DNA of 51,528 bases, taken from an uncultured Actinomycetes bacterium (GTDB lineage Bacteria; Actinomycetota; Actinomycetes; Nanopelagicales; Nanopelagicaceae). The stretch is taken from NCBI GenBank assembly GCA_903898555.1, contig CAIUFY010000064.1, positions 1 through 51,528 of the forward strand. Reading direction: 5' to 3'. Positions 18,336-28,484 of this stretch are shown in pieces; positions within the stretch are counted from its first letter, which is position 1, and every line of letters starts with the position of its first letter. The notes under the pieces were generated by a model. It saw only the letters and a list, made by a program, of their open reading frames with translations. It made no database searches and was not told where the DNA came from. Made by a program: the position numbers and the translations under genes.

Positions 18336-19900
18336 ATAGGCTACTTCGTAGCTGGCGCAGATCAATTCTTGTCCGAACTTCAGGAATTACATTAGCTCTT
18401 TCCACTCTGCTCATCTTCGTAGTTGGAAGCTTGTTATCAAATCAAATTAGCAGCGGTGTCTACCGTGAAAAAATGAGTGCATCAGTTTCCGAAGCTGATT
18501 CGCTCTCGAACTATGCCCAAGGTCAATTAGATGCCACAACATATAGGACTGATCTAAAACTTAAAACGGTAATTGACAATATTTTCCACGTTGAAGATGT
18601 AAATGCGAATGTCATCCAACGTGAAGTAATTCTTTTACCAACCCCAAAGACGGCGCTAAAGTCCAATCAGTATCAAGGCAGCTCAAACTTTCTAGATTTT
18701 TCAATTATTGATTCGAAATTTCGGCAAGAAGTTAGAGACCATCCAAATATTCAATCTAAATACCTAACGATTAAATATTTGAATGGCATTCAGGTGCGAG
18801 GCATTGTCGTCGGGTCGACAATTACAATTCCCAGCAACGCCGTGTATGAAATCTATTATCTTTTTCCACTTACTCAACAGCAGCAATTGATTGGGTTGAT
18901 TGAGGCGTTGTTGTGGATTTCAGGCGCCGTCTTGATTCTTCTCATTGCCCTCATCACGTGGTACGTCACAGGACGCATCGTCTTGCCAGTGCGAGAAGCG
19001 GCTGAAATTGCCGAAGAGCTAACGGCAGGTGACCTAGGTCGACGTTTGGCGGTGCGCGGAGAAGATGAACTTGGCCGGTTAGCAATTGCCTTCAATGAAA
19101 TGGCTCTTTCTCTGCAACAGCAGATTTCGAGGCTTGAGAACCTCTCCAGACTTCAACAGCGTTTCGTCTCTGATGTTTCGCACGAACTTCGTACGCCTCT
19201 CACAACTATTCGCATGGCTTCACAAGTGCTTTTCGATGCTCGCCATAATTTAGATCCTGCATCAGCCCGAAGCGCAGAGCTACTCATTGCCCAGATTGAG
19301 CGCTTTGAAACTCTTCTGACGGATTTATTGGAAGTGAGCCGATTCGACGCAAGAGCCGCTATTTTAGAGATGCACGAAGTTGATATCACGAACTTGGTAA
19401 GGCAAGTTTCTGATCAGCTTCATGCTCCAGGCGACCTTCGCATAGATGCACCGCAATTTCCTGTGACAGCTCACGTCGATCCACGACGCATTGAGAGAAT
19501 TCTTCGAAACCTAATCTCAAACGCAATTGATCACAGCGAAGGCCGAGGAGTAGTAATTCGTATTGCACAGTCAGATCACGAAGTCGGCGTGGGAGTACGA
19601 GATTACGGAATTGGATTTAGTGAACGTGAAGGCGAACGCCTCTTTGACCGTTTTTGGCGAGCAGATCCCTCTCGATCTCGCCTACGCGGTGGAACGGGAC
19701 TGGGCCTAGCTATTGCTCTAGAAGATGCGCAACTTCATGAGGGAACATTGAAAGCATGGGGACGACCAAGCCTTGGTGCACACTTTGTTCTTACCTTGCC
19801 CAAATCTCCAGGTATTCCAATTAGTTCAGAACCAATTGCAGTTATCCCGGATGATGCACCCTCCACAGCTCTCTTTGAATTGGATACGGACGACATTTAA
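18332..19900 (+). CDS. mtrB: Sensor histidine kinase MtrB
   Basis: ATGA overlap with mtrA. Two TM segments flank a roughly 150-aa external domain. HAMP, then H-box FVSDVSHELRTPLT, N-box NLISNAIDH, G-boxes DYGIGF and GGTGLGLAI. Confidence 0.85.
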   Translation: MNRLLRSWRRSILVRTSGITLALSTLLIFVVGSLLSNQISSGVYREKMSASVSEADSLSNYAQGQLDATTYRTDLKLKTVIDNIFHVEDVNANVIQREVILLPTPKTALKSNQYQGSSNFLDFSIIDSKFRQEVRDHPNIQSKYLTIKYLNGIQVRGIVVGSTITIPSNAVYEIYYLFPLTQQQQLIGLIEALLWISGAVLILLIALITWYVTGRIVLPVREAAEIAEELTAGDLGRRLAVRGEDELGRLAIAFNEMALSLQQQISRLENLSRLQQRFVSDVSHELRTPLTTIRMASQVLFDARHNLDPASARSAELLIAQIERFETLLTDLLEVSRFDARAAILEMHEVDITNLVRQVSDQLHAPGDLRIDAPQFPVTAHVDPRRIERILRNLISNAIDHSEGRGVVIRIAQSDHEVGVGVRDYGIGFSEREGERLFDRFWRADPSRSRLRGGTGLGLAIALEDAQLHEGTLKAWGRPSLGAHFVLTLPKSPGIPISSEPIAVIPDDAPSTALFELDTDDI

Positions 19901-19918
19901 TTTTGCCACTCTCATCCA

Positions 19919-20500
19919 ATGGGAGAATTATTAGAGTTGCTTTTTCCTAGCGAGAAAACTGTCGAGTGGACTTCGGTCATTAAGAATACTTTTAATGGAA
20001 TCCCACTTTTTTCCTCCTCATACTATTGCGCGCAAAATATGAAAATCATTCTTGGAGCCAAGGAAGATAACGATCTGCGGGCTAGAAAGATCTTGGCTCG
20101 GGCAATTGCACTTCATATCGAGGAGCCAAGCCTCATCGTCCCAATCCCTTCGAGTCCAAGAGCGAATCGAAGTCGAGGCTACGACCATTCAGCGCTACTC
20201 GCTAAGGAAGTCGCAAAACTGACCGGCGGCGTTGTTGGCCAAATTTTGAAGGTCAATCGAAAAATTAAGGATCAAACCAGACTTGATTCAGCCTCCAGGT
20301 TCATCAATCTATCTGGCGCTTATTCGCTCATCGCCGGGAATTACCCAGGCGAGCGGGTTGTTCTAATTGACGACCTGGTGACCACAGGAGCCTCAATGCT
20401 TGAGGCCATAAGAGTGCTTGGAGGAGCTGGTTTAACGCCTAATCGGGCGGTTTCTGCCTGTATAGCCACCCATCACTTACCCAATACGATTAGCACCTAA
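19919..20500 (+). CDS. ComF-family phosphoribosyltransferase-like protein
   Basis: PRTase PRPP loop VVLIDDLVTTGASMLEA. The N-terminal region lacks the paired CxxC zinc finger usual in ComF. The position matches Rv3242c upstream of secA1. Confidence 0.75.
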   Translation: MGELLELLFPSEKTVEWTSVIKNTFNGIPLFSSSYYCAQNMKIILGAKEDNDLRARKILARAIALHIEEPSLIVPIPSSPRANRSRGYDHSALLAKEVAKLTGGVVGQILKVNRKIKDQTRLDSASRFINLSGAYSLIAGNYPGERVVLIDDLVTTGASMLEAIRVLGGAGLTPNRAVSACIATHHLPNTIST

Positions 20501-20561
20501 CTTTGAGTCCGTTACTTTTAGTCCGTATGCGACTAGTAGGCCAGTTTAAGAAAGAGGAACA

Positions 20562-23228
20562 GTGTCAGTTCTAGACAAGATTCTTCGCGCAGGCGAAGGT
20601 CGTGCCATTAAGGCTCTTGAGAAGATTGCAGCAGAAGTAAATACTTTCGAATCGAAGATTTCTGCCCTCAGCGATGAAGAACTTAAGGGACAGACTGAGC
20701 GCTTCCGGGCCCGACTCGCCAATGGCGAGGCGTTGGATGACTTACTTCCAGAAGCATTTGCGACTGTTCGCGAAGCAGCACAGCGCACCCTTGGACAGCG
20801 TCATTACGACGTTCAACTTATGGGTGGAGCAGCTCTACACAAGGGCAATATCGCCGAAATGCGTACTGGTGAAGGAAAGACCCTTGTCTCCACTTTGCCT
20901 GCATACCTAAATGCGCTTACCGGCCTCGGAGTTCACATTGTTACAACAAATGATTATCTTGCAGAGCGCGATAGCGAGTGGATGGGCCGTATTCACCGTT
21001 TCCTAGGTCTCAAAGTTGGAGTAATTCTTTCCAACATGTCTCCAGCTGAACGCCGCGAACAATATGCCGCTGACATTACTTACGGAACAAATAATGAATT
21101 TGGTTTTGATTACCTTCGAGACAATATGGCTTGGAGTTTGGAAGATTGCGTACAACGTGTTCACAATTTTGCAATCGTCGATGAGGTTGACTCAATTTTG
21201 ATTGATGAAGCCCGTACTCCACTGATCATCAGCGGTCCGGCTGACAAGGCAACAAAGTGGTATCAAGAATTCGCGATTATCGCCGAGAAATTAACTCGCG
21301 ATGTTCATTATGAAATTGATGAAAAGAAGCGCACAATCGGAATTCACGAAGAAGGCGTAACAAAGGTTGAAGAGCTGCTTGGAATAGAAAATTTATACGA
21401 GTCAGTCAATACTCCGATGATTGGCTTCCTCAATAACTCAGTACGTGCGAAAGAACTTTTTAAGAAAGATAAAGATTACGTCGTCATGAGTGGCGAGCTT
21501 TTAATTGTTGATGAGCACACGGGGCGCGTTCTTTCAGGTCGCCGTTACTCAGAAGGCCTACACCAGGCACTTGAAGCAAAAGAAAGAATTGAAATTAAGG
21601 ACGAAAATCAAACTCTTGCAACAATTACGTTGCAGAACTACTTCCGTCTATACAAAAAGCTTGGTGGCATGACAGGAACTGCCATGACAGAAGCTGCTGA
21701 ATTTATGCAGATTTATAAGCTGGGCGTCATTCCAATTCCTACAAATAAAGAATCCCAACGTGCCGATCAGGCTGATTTAATTTATAAAACTGAGCTGGGC
21801 AAGTTTGAAGCAGTCGCAAATGATATTGCCGAACGACACAAAAAGGGTCAGCCAGTATTGATTGGTACCGTTTCCGTAGAAAAATCAGAAGAGCTATCCG
21901 CACTTCTCAAGCGTCGCGGTATTCCTCATGAAGTTTTAAATGCGAAGCATCACGAGCGCGAAGCTTCCATAATTGCACGCGCAGGAACGCTTGGCGCGGT
22001 AACTGTTTCGACAAATATGGCTGGTCGCGGAACCGACATTATGCTCGGTGGAAACCCTGAATTTATGGCAGATTTCGAAATTCAGCGTCGCGGTTATAGC
22101 CCTGTCGATAACCCAACTGAGTACGAATCATCTTGGGCTCCAGAACTTGCAAAGCAAAAAGAAGCTGTGAAGAAACAACATGAAGAAGTGATTTCTCTTG
22201 GCGGTTTGTACGTTCTGGGAACAGAACGTCATGAGTCTCGCCGTATCGATAATCAGCTTCGTGGTCGTTCTGGTCGCCAAGGCGATCCTGGTGAATCTCG
22301 CTTTTACCTTTCACTGCAAGATGATTTGATGCGTCGATTCAATTCAGGGCTTGTAGAGCGATTCCTGAGCGCAGCAGGTTTACCTGAAGATATGCCAATC
22401 GAATCCAAAATGGTCTCGAACGCAATTAGGTCTGCCCAAACCCAGGTTGAATCTCTTAACTTTGAAATGCGTAAAAATGTTTTGAAGTATGACGATGTCA
22501 TGAACCGCCAGCGTGAAGTTGTGTACAGCGAACGCCGTGAAGTTCTTGAAGGTCGCGATATTAAAGATCAAGTCCAGGAATTCATGGTTGAGACACTCAG
22601 TGCTTATGTCACAGGTGCGACTAGCGAAGGATATGCCGAAGATTGGGACCTCGACACTCTTTACACGGCGCTAAAAGCTCTCTACCCAATTTCATTCACA
22701 TTTGATCAACTCGTCGCTGAAGTTAGCGGCAAGGCTGGGTTAGATCATGATTTCATTTTGAACCGTGTAATAGATGATGCACGCGGTGCCTATGCCGCTC
22801 GCGAAGAGTCACTCGGATCAGAAGTTATGCGAGAACTTGAGCGAAAAGTCTTGCTTCAGGTACTCGATCGCAAGTGGCGTGAACATCTTTACGAAATGGA
22901 TTATTTGCAAGAGGGAATCGGGCTGCGTGCTATGGCGCAGAGAGATCCACTTGTTGAGTATCAACGTGAGGGCTACGACTTATTTGCTGCGATGATGGAT
23001 TCAATTGCCGAAGAAATGATTGGATTCCTTTTCCACGTTGAAGTAAACGTGCAAAACGATGAAATCGAGGCAAAGGGTTTAGCAACTCCTCCTAAGCAGG
23101 AACAACAACTTCGTTACACAGCAGCTGATGTTGATGGAACGGCAGTTGAATCGGGTGGAACATCACGAAACGCACCTTGTCCTTGTGGTTCAGGCCGCAA
23201 ATTCAAGCGTTGCCATGGTGCTGCTTAA
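20562..23228 (+). CDS. secA: Preprotein translocase ATPase SecA
   Basis: GTG start after [15 protein letters not shown] Walker A, the [19 protein letters not shown] motif, [10 protein letters not shown], and a C-terminal zinc motif [14 protein letters not shown]. Confidence 0.97.
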   Translation: MSVLDKILRAGEGRAIKALEKIAAEVNTFESKISALSDEELKGQTERFRARLANGEALDDLLPEAFATVREAAQRTLGQRHYDVQLMGGAALHKGNIAEMRTGEGKTLVSTLPAYLNALTGLGVHIVTTNDYLAERDSEWMGRIHRFLGLKVGVILSNMSPAERREQYAADITYGTNNEFGFDYLRDNMAWSLEDCVQRVHNFAIVDEVDSILIDEARTPLIISGPADKATKWYQEFAIIAEKLTRDVHYEIDEKKRTIGIHEEGVTKVEELLGIENLYESVNTPMIGFLNNSVRAKELFKKDKDYVVMSGELLIVDEHTGRVLSGRRYSEGLHQALEAKERIEIKDENQTLATITLQNYFRLYKKLGGMTGTAMTEAAEFMQIYKLGVIPIPTNKESQRADQADLIYKTELGKFEAVANDIAERHKKGQPVLIGTVSVEKSEELSALLKRRGIPHEVLNAKHHEREASIIARAGTLGAVTVSTNMAGRGTDIMLGGNPEFMADFEIQRRGYSPVDNPTEYESSWAPELAKQKEAVKKQHEEVISLGGLYVLGTERHESRRIDNQLRGRSGRQGDPGESRFYLSLQDDLMRRFNSGLVERFLSAAGLPEDMPIESKMVSNAIRSAQTQVESLNFEMRKNVLKYDDVMNRQREVVYSERREVLEGRDIKDQVQEFMVETLSAYVTGATSEGYAEDWDLDTLYTALKALYPISFTFDQLVAEVSGKAGLDHDFILNRVIDDARGAYAAREESLGSEVMRELERKVLLQVLDRKWREHLYEMDYLQEGIGLRAMAQRDPLVEYQREGYDLFAAMMDSIAEEMIGFLFHVEVNVQNDEIEAKGLATPPKQEQQLRYTAADVDGTAVESGGTSRNAPCPCGSGRKFKRCHGAA

Positions 23229-23232
23229 GAAT

Positions 23233-23781
23233 CTATAACAAATCGAGTTTGGTACAAAGCCAACGTTTATCGACGCCTTCAAATCGCATTACAAGTGACC
23301 GTACTCTTTGATCGAATTTCAAAGTGGCGGTCACTTCTGCTATCCCGTCTAGCGGTTGGGAAATATAGAGTTTTCGAATCTTCGGAAGCGGTTTCCAAGT
23401 ACCTGCGTCTTTTAGAAGCCCGCCATAAACAATTCGATGGCTCCACTTTGCCAATTGTTGAACAGGCCTCTTTCCACCATATGCCTCGACAACGCTGACA
23501 ACAAATATTCCAACCCATTCTTCAAGATCTGGAAGTTCTGAAAGAGGTGATGGTTTTCTTCCAGAATCAACATCGAGTTCCTCGCCTTCTAAATAATCAG
23601 GCGTAGGCACAAGATAAAGTTTTGGAATCTTGGGAACGGTTGGTGGGAAGGTAATTGGGCGGGAGTAAAGATCGAGGAGTGGTTCATGCCAACCGTTATG
23701 AGCCCTTGGAACTGACTCACTCCCATCTTGGAAAGAAACAGGTCGTGCAATAACTCTTCGAATCGCAGTATCTTCGCTCAT
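23233..23781 (-). CDS. Rv3235-family protein
   Basis: VVEAYGGKRPVQQLAKWSHRIVYGGL...ISQPLDGIAEVTATLKFDQRVRSLVMRFEGVDKRWLCTKLDL matches the conserved Rv3235-family core found next to secA in actinobacteria. The start is uncertain: ATG 23781 is chosen and the ORF stays open up to TTG 23934. Confidence 0.65.
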   Translation of the reverse strand: MSEDTAIRRVIARPVSFQDGSESVPRAHNGWHEPLLDLYSRPITFPPTVPKIPKLYLVPTPDYLEGEELDVDSGRKPSPLSELPDLEEWVGIFVVSVVEAYGGKRPVQQLAKWSHRIVYGGLLKDAGTWKPLPKIRKLYISQPLDGIAEVTATLKFDQRVRSLVMRFEGVDKRWLCTKLDLL

Positions 23782-23919
23782 AGGTGGAGTTTTGTGACAG
23801 TCCGCGCCAATCTCATCAGCCAAAAGGATGAGATTTATTGGAGTAACAATCTGTACAAATCTAGCAATGGGTGTGGATAGAAGAATTCGGTTTGAGGGAA
23901 TTTGGGTTATCCATCTCCC

Positions 23920-24516
23920 ATGAATGATCTTCAAACTTTGATGCAGAGGTACTCGCGCCGATTCTTGGCCGTTGGAATCCTTTTAATTTCTCTACTCGCA
24001 GCCGTAGCTCTTGCGGGACAAGCCGACAGCTCTGTATCAATGTGGAGCGCCAAATATTCGCTCTCTTCTGGCGAGAAAGTTAAAGAAAGTGATCTCGAAG
24101 TTGTAAGAGTTTCTCTTAAAAAGCAGGCACCACAGTATTTTTCGAGTAAGGCCCTGCTAGTCGGAAGCTATTTTACAAAAGCAATAAGTCAAGGTGAACT
24201 CATACCTGTAAGTGCAATCACAAAACTTGCTCCAGGAACTTTCTCCAAAGAAGTCCCCGTGGGAATTGCAAAGAGCGATTTGCCAAGCGGTTCAAAAGTG
24301 GGAGATCTGGTTGACCTGTATTCCATTCCTTCAAACGATCCAAACGCAAAGAGCTCGCTAGTAATTTCTAGAGTGACAATTTCTGCTATCGATTTAAATT
24401 CACAAAATATGGGCGGCTCAATAAATGTGCTTTTTCGCATCGACAGCAAAGCGGTTTTGTCGATAACGGATGCCATTGCAAGCGGAAGAATTGTGGTGAT
24501 TAAGAATGCGTTCTGA
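23920..24516 (+). CDS. Membrane-anchored SAF-domain protein (CpaB/RcpC-like)
   Basis: An N-terminal TM (FLAVGILLISLLAAVALAG) is followed by a SAF-like segment (SLSSGEKVKESDLEVVRVSL...GSYFTKAISQGELIPVSAI). The start is ambiguous (TTG 23902, ATG 23920 or ATG 23941). Confidence 0.6.
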   Translation: MNDLQTLMQRYSRRFLAVGILLISLLAAVALAGQADSSVSMWSAKYSLSSGEKVKESDLEVVRVSLKKQAPQYFSSKALLVGSYFTKAISQGELIPVSAITKLAPGTFSKEVPVGIAKSDLPSGSKVGDLVDLYSIPSNDPNAKSSLVISRVTISAIDLNSQNMGGSINVLFRIDSKAVLSITDAIASGRIVVIKNAF

Positions 24517-25510
24517 GATTCCGCAAATACAAGTTATTACAGCGATAGGGGAAGCTGACCTTGAAGATTATGTGGCTCAGCTTCTATTCTCGCAAGGGTG
24601 GAGCATCATCTTTAGGGCCTTCGATTGGATCTCGCTTACCGACTTTATGGGTTCGCGCTCGACCGAATTGCGAACTGTGGTTGTTTATACGACTGATATT
24701 TCTGGCTTTACCTCAGATTCACTACTGAAGTTTGGAAGCCCTACCGTAAGTTTCATATCTCTTGATGAGACACCTAAGAGTGCTCACGAGATTATGCAGA
24801 AGATTCGAACTCAACTTCGGCTTCCAATGATTCAGTCGACCGTTTCAATAAGTCAGGTATCGAAGAATTCTCCGGAAATTCAAGAAAAACAAAAGAGTTT
24901 GATACTCGTGACAGGAAGCTCTGGCGCCCCAGGCAAGACAAAATTTGCTCTCGCGATAGCCGACTATTTGAGTTCTATGAGAAAGGTCACTTTGGTTGAT
25001 ATCGATTTTCGATCAACTCCACTTCAGAGCTACGAGCCAGCTAATAATTTCTCAATCGTTTCATTGAGTCCACTGGAGAAGCCCACGCAGATGCCAGATC
25101 TAGATAAGAAGGAACTCTTGATTGTAGATGCGGGAGTTCTTCCCCCCATTCGAGAAGTTGTTGATGATCGCCGATGGGTTGCATTGCTCTTGAATCACAT
25201 CCTGGAAACCTCCACTCATCTTGTCTATGTCTGCCAGTCAACGAAACAAAGCTTGATGCAGCTAGACCAATTCAAAAAGGAAATTACGTCGTTGACTAAG
25301 AAGATCCCAGTTACTTACATCTGCATATCTGTAGGGCAGTCAGGGGAACTTCGCAAGGCACAGGCGGCGTTCACAAAGCTCACGGTGGGGGAGCAAAGTT
25401 TCATCCTTGGGCAAGGAAAATTGGGTCTGCAAAGCGATGGGTTTCTCGATAACTTTCTCGCCTCGGGTAAGAAGAAAGAGATTGGTACTATCGCTTCCTC
25501 ACTCCTATAA
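24506..25510 (+). CDS. CpaE/ParA/MinD-like P-loop protein with N-terminal receiver-like domain
   Basis: Overlaps the SAF gene by 11 nt. Walker A-like LILVTGSSGAPGKTKFALAIA, then VTLVDIDF and LLIVDAG. The first 120 aa or so have an alternating beta/alpha pattern resembling the CpaE pseudo-receiver. Confidence 0.6.
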   Translation: MRSEIPQIQVITAIGEADLEDYVAQLLFSQGWSIIFRAFDWISLTDFMGSRSTELRTVVVYTTDISGFTSDSLLKFGSPTVSFISLDETPKSAHEIMQKIRTQLRLPMIQSTVSISQVSKNSPEIQEKQKSLILVTGSSGAPGKTKFALAIADYLSSMRKVTLVDIDFRSTPLQSYEPANNFSIVSLSPLEKPTQMPDLDKKELLIVDAGVLPPIREVVDDRRWVALLLNHILETSTHLVYVCQSTKQSLMQLDQFKKEITSLTKKIPVTYICISVGQSGELRKAQAAFTKLTVGEQSFILGQGKLGLQSDGFLDNFLASGKKKEIGTIASSLL

Positions 25511-25543
25511 AGTTTAATAATTTACTCGGGAAAGGTTGAGTGG

Positions 25544-27025
25544 ATGACATCCCCACGCATTGAAGCTGCATATGCTCAAACCGCTCTCAGCCCTGAGGAT
25601 AAGGACCGACTCTCTGAACTTATAGCTGAATGGCAGTTGCTTTCAGATCTTTCATTTGCAGATTTAATTTTGTGGGTACCAAAGCGGAAGGATTACCAAA
25701 GTTGGCCCCAGGGCTATATTGCAGTTGCTCACATTCGCCCAACAACAGCGGCAACAGTTTTTGCCTTTGATGTAATCGGTGATGAACTAAATTGGGGCGA
25801 TAACCCCCGGCTTGATCAAGCACTCTCGCAAGGTGAGATTGTTAGAGATACAGAGCCAGAGCAGGTCGGTGAACTTCTCATAAAAGAGGAAACGGTTCCA
25901 GTTTTGTACAACGGTCACATAATTGCCGTTATCTCTCGCCACCGTGATGCGGTCCAGATGCGCTCGGCATCACGTCTTGAAATTAACTATCGCGAAATAG
26001 CTCACAAAATTTATCGAATGGTTGCAGAAGGAACTTTCCCAATCCAAAACAGCATCTATCGCGCTGAATCAGCTCCACGAGTTGGTGATGGACTCATCCG
26101 ACTAGATCCAAACGGTTCGATTGTTTACGCGAGCCCAAATGCTCGTTCTGCCCTAAGTCGAGGCGGCTGGGAAGTAGAGCTAGAAGATCACATATTTGGC
26201 GGAGTACTTGAAGCTATTGCCTCCGGCGGCGGCGAGGCAACTGATGAGACTTGGTCGGCAATCTTCAGCGGCAAGAATCTTCGACGAACAGATTTAGACA
26301 ATAGTCGAGCCATCCTAGATCTTTTGATTATTCCTCTTATCGAAGATGGGGATCGTATTGGTGCGGTTGTCCTTGTTCGAGATGTAACAGAGCTTCGACG
26401 TCGTGATCGCGCTCTTCTTACGAAAGACGCAACGATTCGTGAAATTCACCATCGCGTGAAGAACAATCTACAAACCGTATCGGCGCTATTGCGATTGCAA
26501 TCACGTCGAGTAGAGGATCCTGAAGCGTCTCAGGCACTTGCTGAAGCGGTTCGCCGAGTGGCTTCTATTGCCATTGTTCACGAAACGCTTTCCACAAGCT
26601 CTGCTGAAACAGTGCTCTTTGATGAGGTTTATGATCGAATAATCCATAATGCGATTGAACTGAGTGTGCGTCCTGTGAGATTGATGAAAACCGGAAATTT
26701 TGGGGTTTTCGGCGCGCAACAAGCAACTCCATTAGCCCTTGTCATCACCGAACTAATTCATAATTCGCTCGAACATGGTCTTGCAGTTTCAGGCGATCTT
26801 CTTCACGTTGACGTTGAAGTAGGTGAAGAAAACATCATTGTTAAAGTTATTGATAACGGCGTTGGACTTCCAAGCGGTTTTACCTTTGAAAGCTCATCGA
26901 ATCTTGGCTTGCAGATAGTTCGAACGCTCACAGAGAATGAACTTAAGGGCACCATTAAGCTCTCAAGAGTCGGAAACGAAACTCAGGCGATACTTACATT
27001 CCCTGCAAGGAAAGACTCTCTATAA
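25544..27025 (+). CDS. pdtaS: Soluble HisKA_2-type sensor histidine kinase, PdtaS-like
   Basis: The H-box is TIREIHHRVKNNLQTVSALLRLQ. The ATPase motifs are ELIHNSLEH, DNGVGLP and LGLQIV. A roughly 290-aa N-terminal sensory region has no TM segment. Confidence 0.8.
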   Translation: MTSPRIEAAYAQTALSPEDKDRLSELIAEWQLLSDLSFADLILWVPKRKDYQSWPQGYIAVAHIRPTTAATVFAFDVIGDELNWGDNPRLDQALSQGEIVRDTEPEQVGELLIKEETVPVLYNGHIIAVISRHRDAVQMRSASRLEINYREIAHKIYRMVAEGTFPIQNSIYRAESAPRVGDGLIRLDPNGSIVYASPNARSALSRGGWEVELEDHIFGGVLEAIASGGGEATDETWSAIFSGKNLRRTDLDNSRAILDLLIIPLIEDGDRIGAVVLVRDVTELRRRDRALLTKDATIREIHHRVKNNLQTVSALLRLQSRRVEDPEASQALAEAVRRVASIAIVHETLSTSSAETVLFDEVYDRIIHNAIELSVRPVRLMKTGNFGVFGAQQATPLALVITELIHNSLEHGLAVSGDLLHVDVEVGEENIIVKVIDNGVGLPSGFTFESSSNLGLQIVRTLTENELKGTIKLSRVGNETQAILTFPARKDSL

Positions 27026-27604
27026 AGTAAAAGGTGGATAATCATCAGTTACTAGCGCAACTGAGTATCCATAAACACGGTTCCAATATTCGATGGTTCC
27101 AAGGACTGTATTTGCGGCCCACTCAGGATATGTACCACTGATTGAGGTTGAGATCCATGCAAATAACGTCAAAACCAATGAGAGCAGAAGATAAATCGCT
27201 CCGACGATGTAAAGAGGGATAGCGAAGATCCACTTAACTAGTGGAAGCCCACGGCTTAATTTCTTACCGCCTTCAACATCTGGAAAAATCACAGAAATAT
27301 TGGGATTTCGCTCGATAGATGGGAATTCATCTGTGAGCAGAAGAGCGTAGGCGGCAACGCGCGTGGAAAGTTCAATCATCGCGTGATTAAAAGTGAGTGC
27401 GTAACTTGGGTACACGCCTCTAAATAGAAGAGTCATCATCACAGGAACGCTGACCACTACTGTGGTGAAACCCCAATGTGACATCTGCGAGAACATCGCA
27501 ACAAAAACCACAGGTGGCGCAACCAAAATCCAACGAAAGAAAACAGTCTGGCGATTTCGGTTTGTAAGCGATACTTCAATGTTTGTTTCTATTTGAATAC
27601 TCAT
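27020..27604 (-). CDS. DUF4389-family membrane protein
   Basis: RQTVFFRWILVAPPVVFV near the N-terminus, several TM segments, and a C-terminal YWNRVYGYSVALVTDDYPPF motif characteristic of DUF4389. Confidence 0.7.
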   Translation of the reverse strand: MSIQIETNIEVSLTNRNRQTVFFRWILVAPPVVFVAMFSQMSHWGFTTVVVSVPVMMTLLFRGVYPSYALTFNHAMIELSTRVAAYALLLTDEFPSIERNPNISVIFPDVEGGKKLSRGLPLVKWIFAIPLYIVGAIYLLLSLVLTLFAWISTSISGTYPEWAANTVLGTIEYWNRVYGYSVALVTDDYPPFTL

Positions 27605-27613
27605 AGGGAGATT

Positions 27614-28360
27614 CTAAAGGTTTACTTCCCCTAGTGCTTGAAGAATGTCCGGTGCTACCACCGGATTATGGCTTCTCCTAGCGATCTTTCCCGCCATAGA
27701 GTGCATTTGAACCGCCTTGAAGACAACTTCCTGCGCTTGCGCAATTCCAGTTGGTTTCCAGCTCGCCAACATTGAACCAATGATTCCGGCCAAGATGTCG
27801 CCAGATCCAGCCGTCGCGAGCTCTGTTCCGCCAATTTCATCAATTCTCTGCGGCAGTCTTGGCGCCGCAACTATCGTCTTTACGCCTTTCAAAACAAGTA
27901 TCGCACCAAGTTCATCAGAAATTCGTTGTGCAGTTTCGTAGCGACTTCCAAGGGAGTATCCCAAATACTTTAATTCGCCTTCATGTGGCGTTAATACTGT
28001 AATTGGATTTCTCTTTACGTCGACGAAAGCTATGGCGGCGCTATCTAGGACTAAAGAAATATCGCGCGGAATATTTGAAATTCTTGGTGAACCTGGTCCA
28101 ACTACAAGTGCATCTAGTTTTTCATCATGCCAATCTAAAACGCTTACAACATCTGGATATGTACTCGTCACAATTTTCGTGATTGATTTGAATTCGCTTA
28201 AGTATTTAACATATCCCGCTCCACCACGTCGCGCACCACCTAGACTAAGTATTGCCGCACCTGGGAATTTTTCACTCCCGGCACTTACTCCTACGACTCC
28301 GCGGGTGTACTTATTTGCATCTATAGGAAGATCTGCCAAATACTTTGGTCGCTTGAACAT
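27614..28360 (-). CDS. nnrD: ADP-dependent NAD(P)H-hydrate dehydratase (YjeF C-terminal type)
   Basis: KYTRGVVGVSAGSEKFPGAAILSLGGARRGGAGYV, LTPHEGE, VLKGVKTIV, TAGSGDILAGIIG. No epimerase domain is present. Confidence 0.85.
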   Translation of the reverse strand: MFKRPKYLADLPIDANKYTRGVVGVSAGSEKFPGAAILSLGGARRGGAGYVKYLSEFKSITKIVTSTYPDVVSVLDWHDEKLDALVVGPGSPRISNIPRDISLVLDSAAIAFVDVKRNPITVLTPHEGELKYLGYSLGSRYETAQRISDELGAILVLKGVKTIVAAPRLPQRIDEIGGTELATAGSGDILAGIIGSMLASWKPTGIAQAQEVVFKAVQMHSMAGKIARRSHNPVVAPDILQALGEVNL

Positions 28361-28473
28361 GAGACTATTCTAATTTGCGAGAGAGCCGAGGGCTACCACT
28401 TATAAGGTCTTAATGTGTTGAGCAGCACGCCTTCTTTGACCAACTTTGAACTTTTCGCCTTGCATCGCAGGCA

Positions 28474-28479
28474 TAGTAT
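28474..28479 (+). promoter_or_regulatory. Candidate -10 hexamer for a leaderless oxidoreductase operon
   Basis: TAGTAT (TANNNT type) ends 6 nt before the GTG start at 28485. No Shine-Dalgarno sequence precedes that start. Confidence 0.25.
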
Positions 28480-28484
28480 GAACT

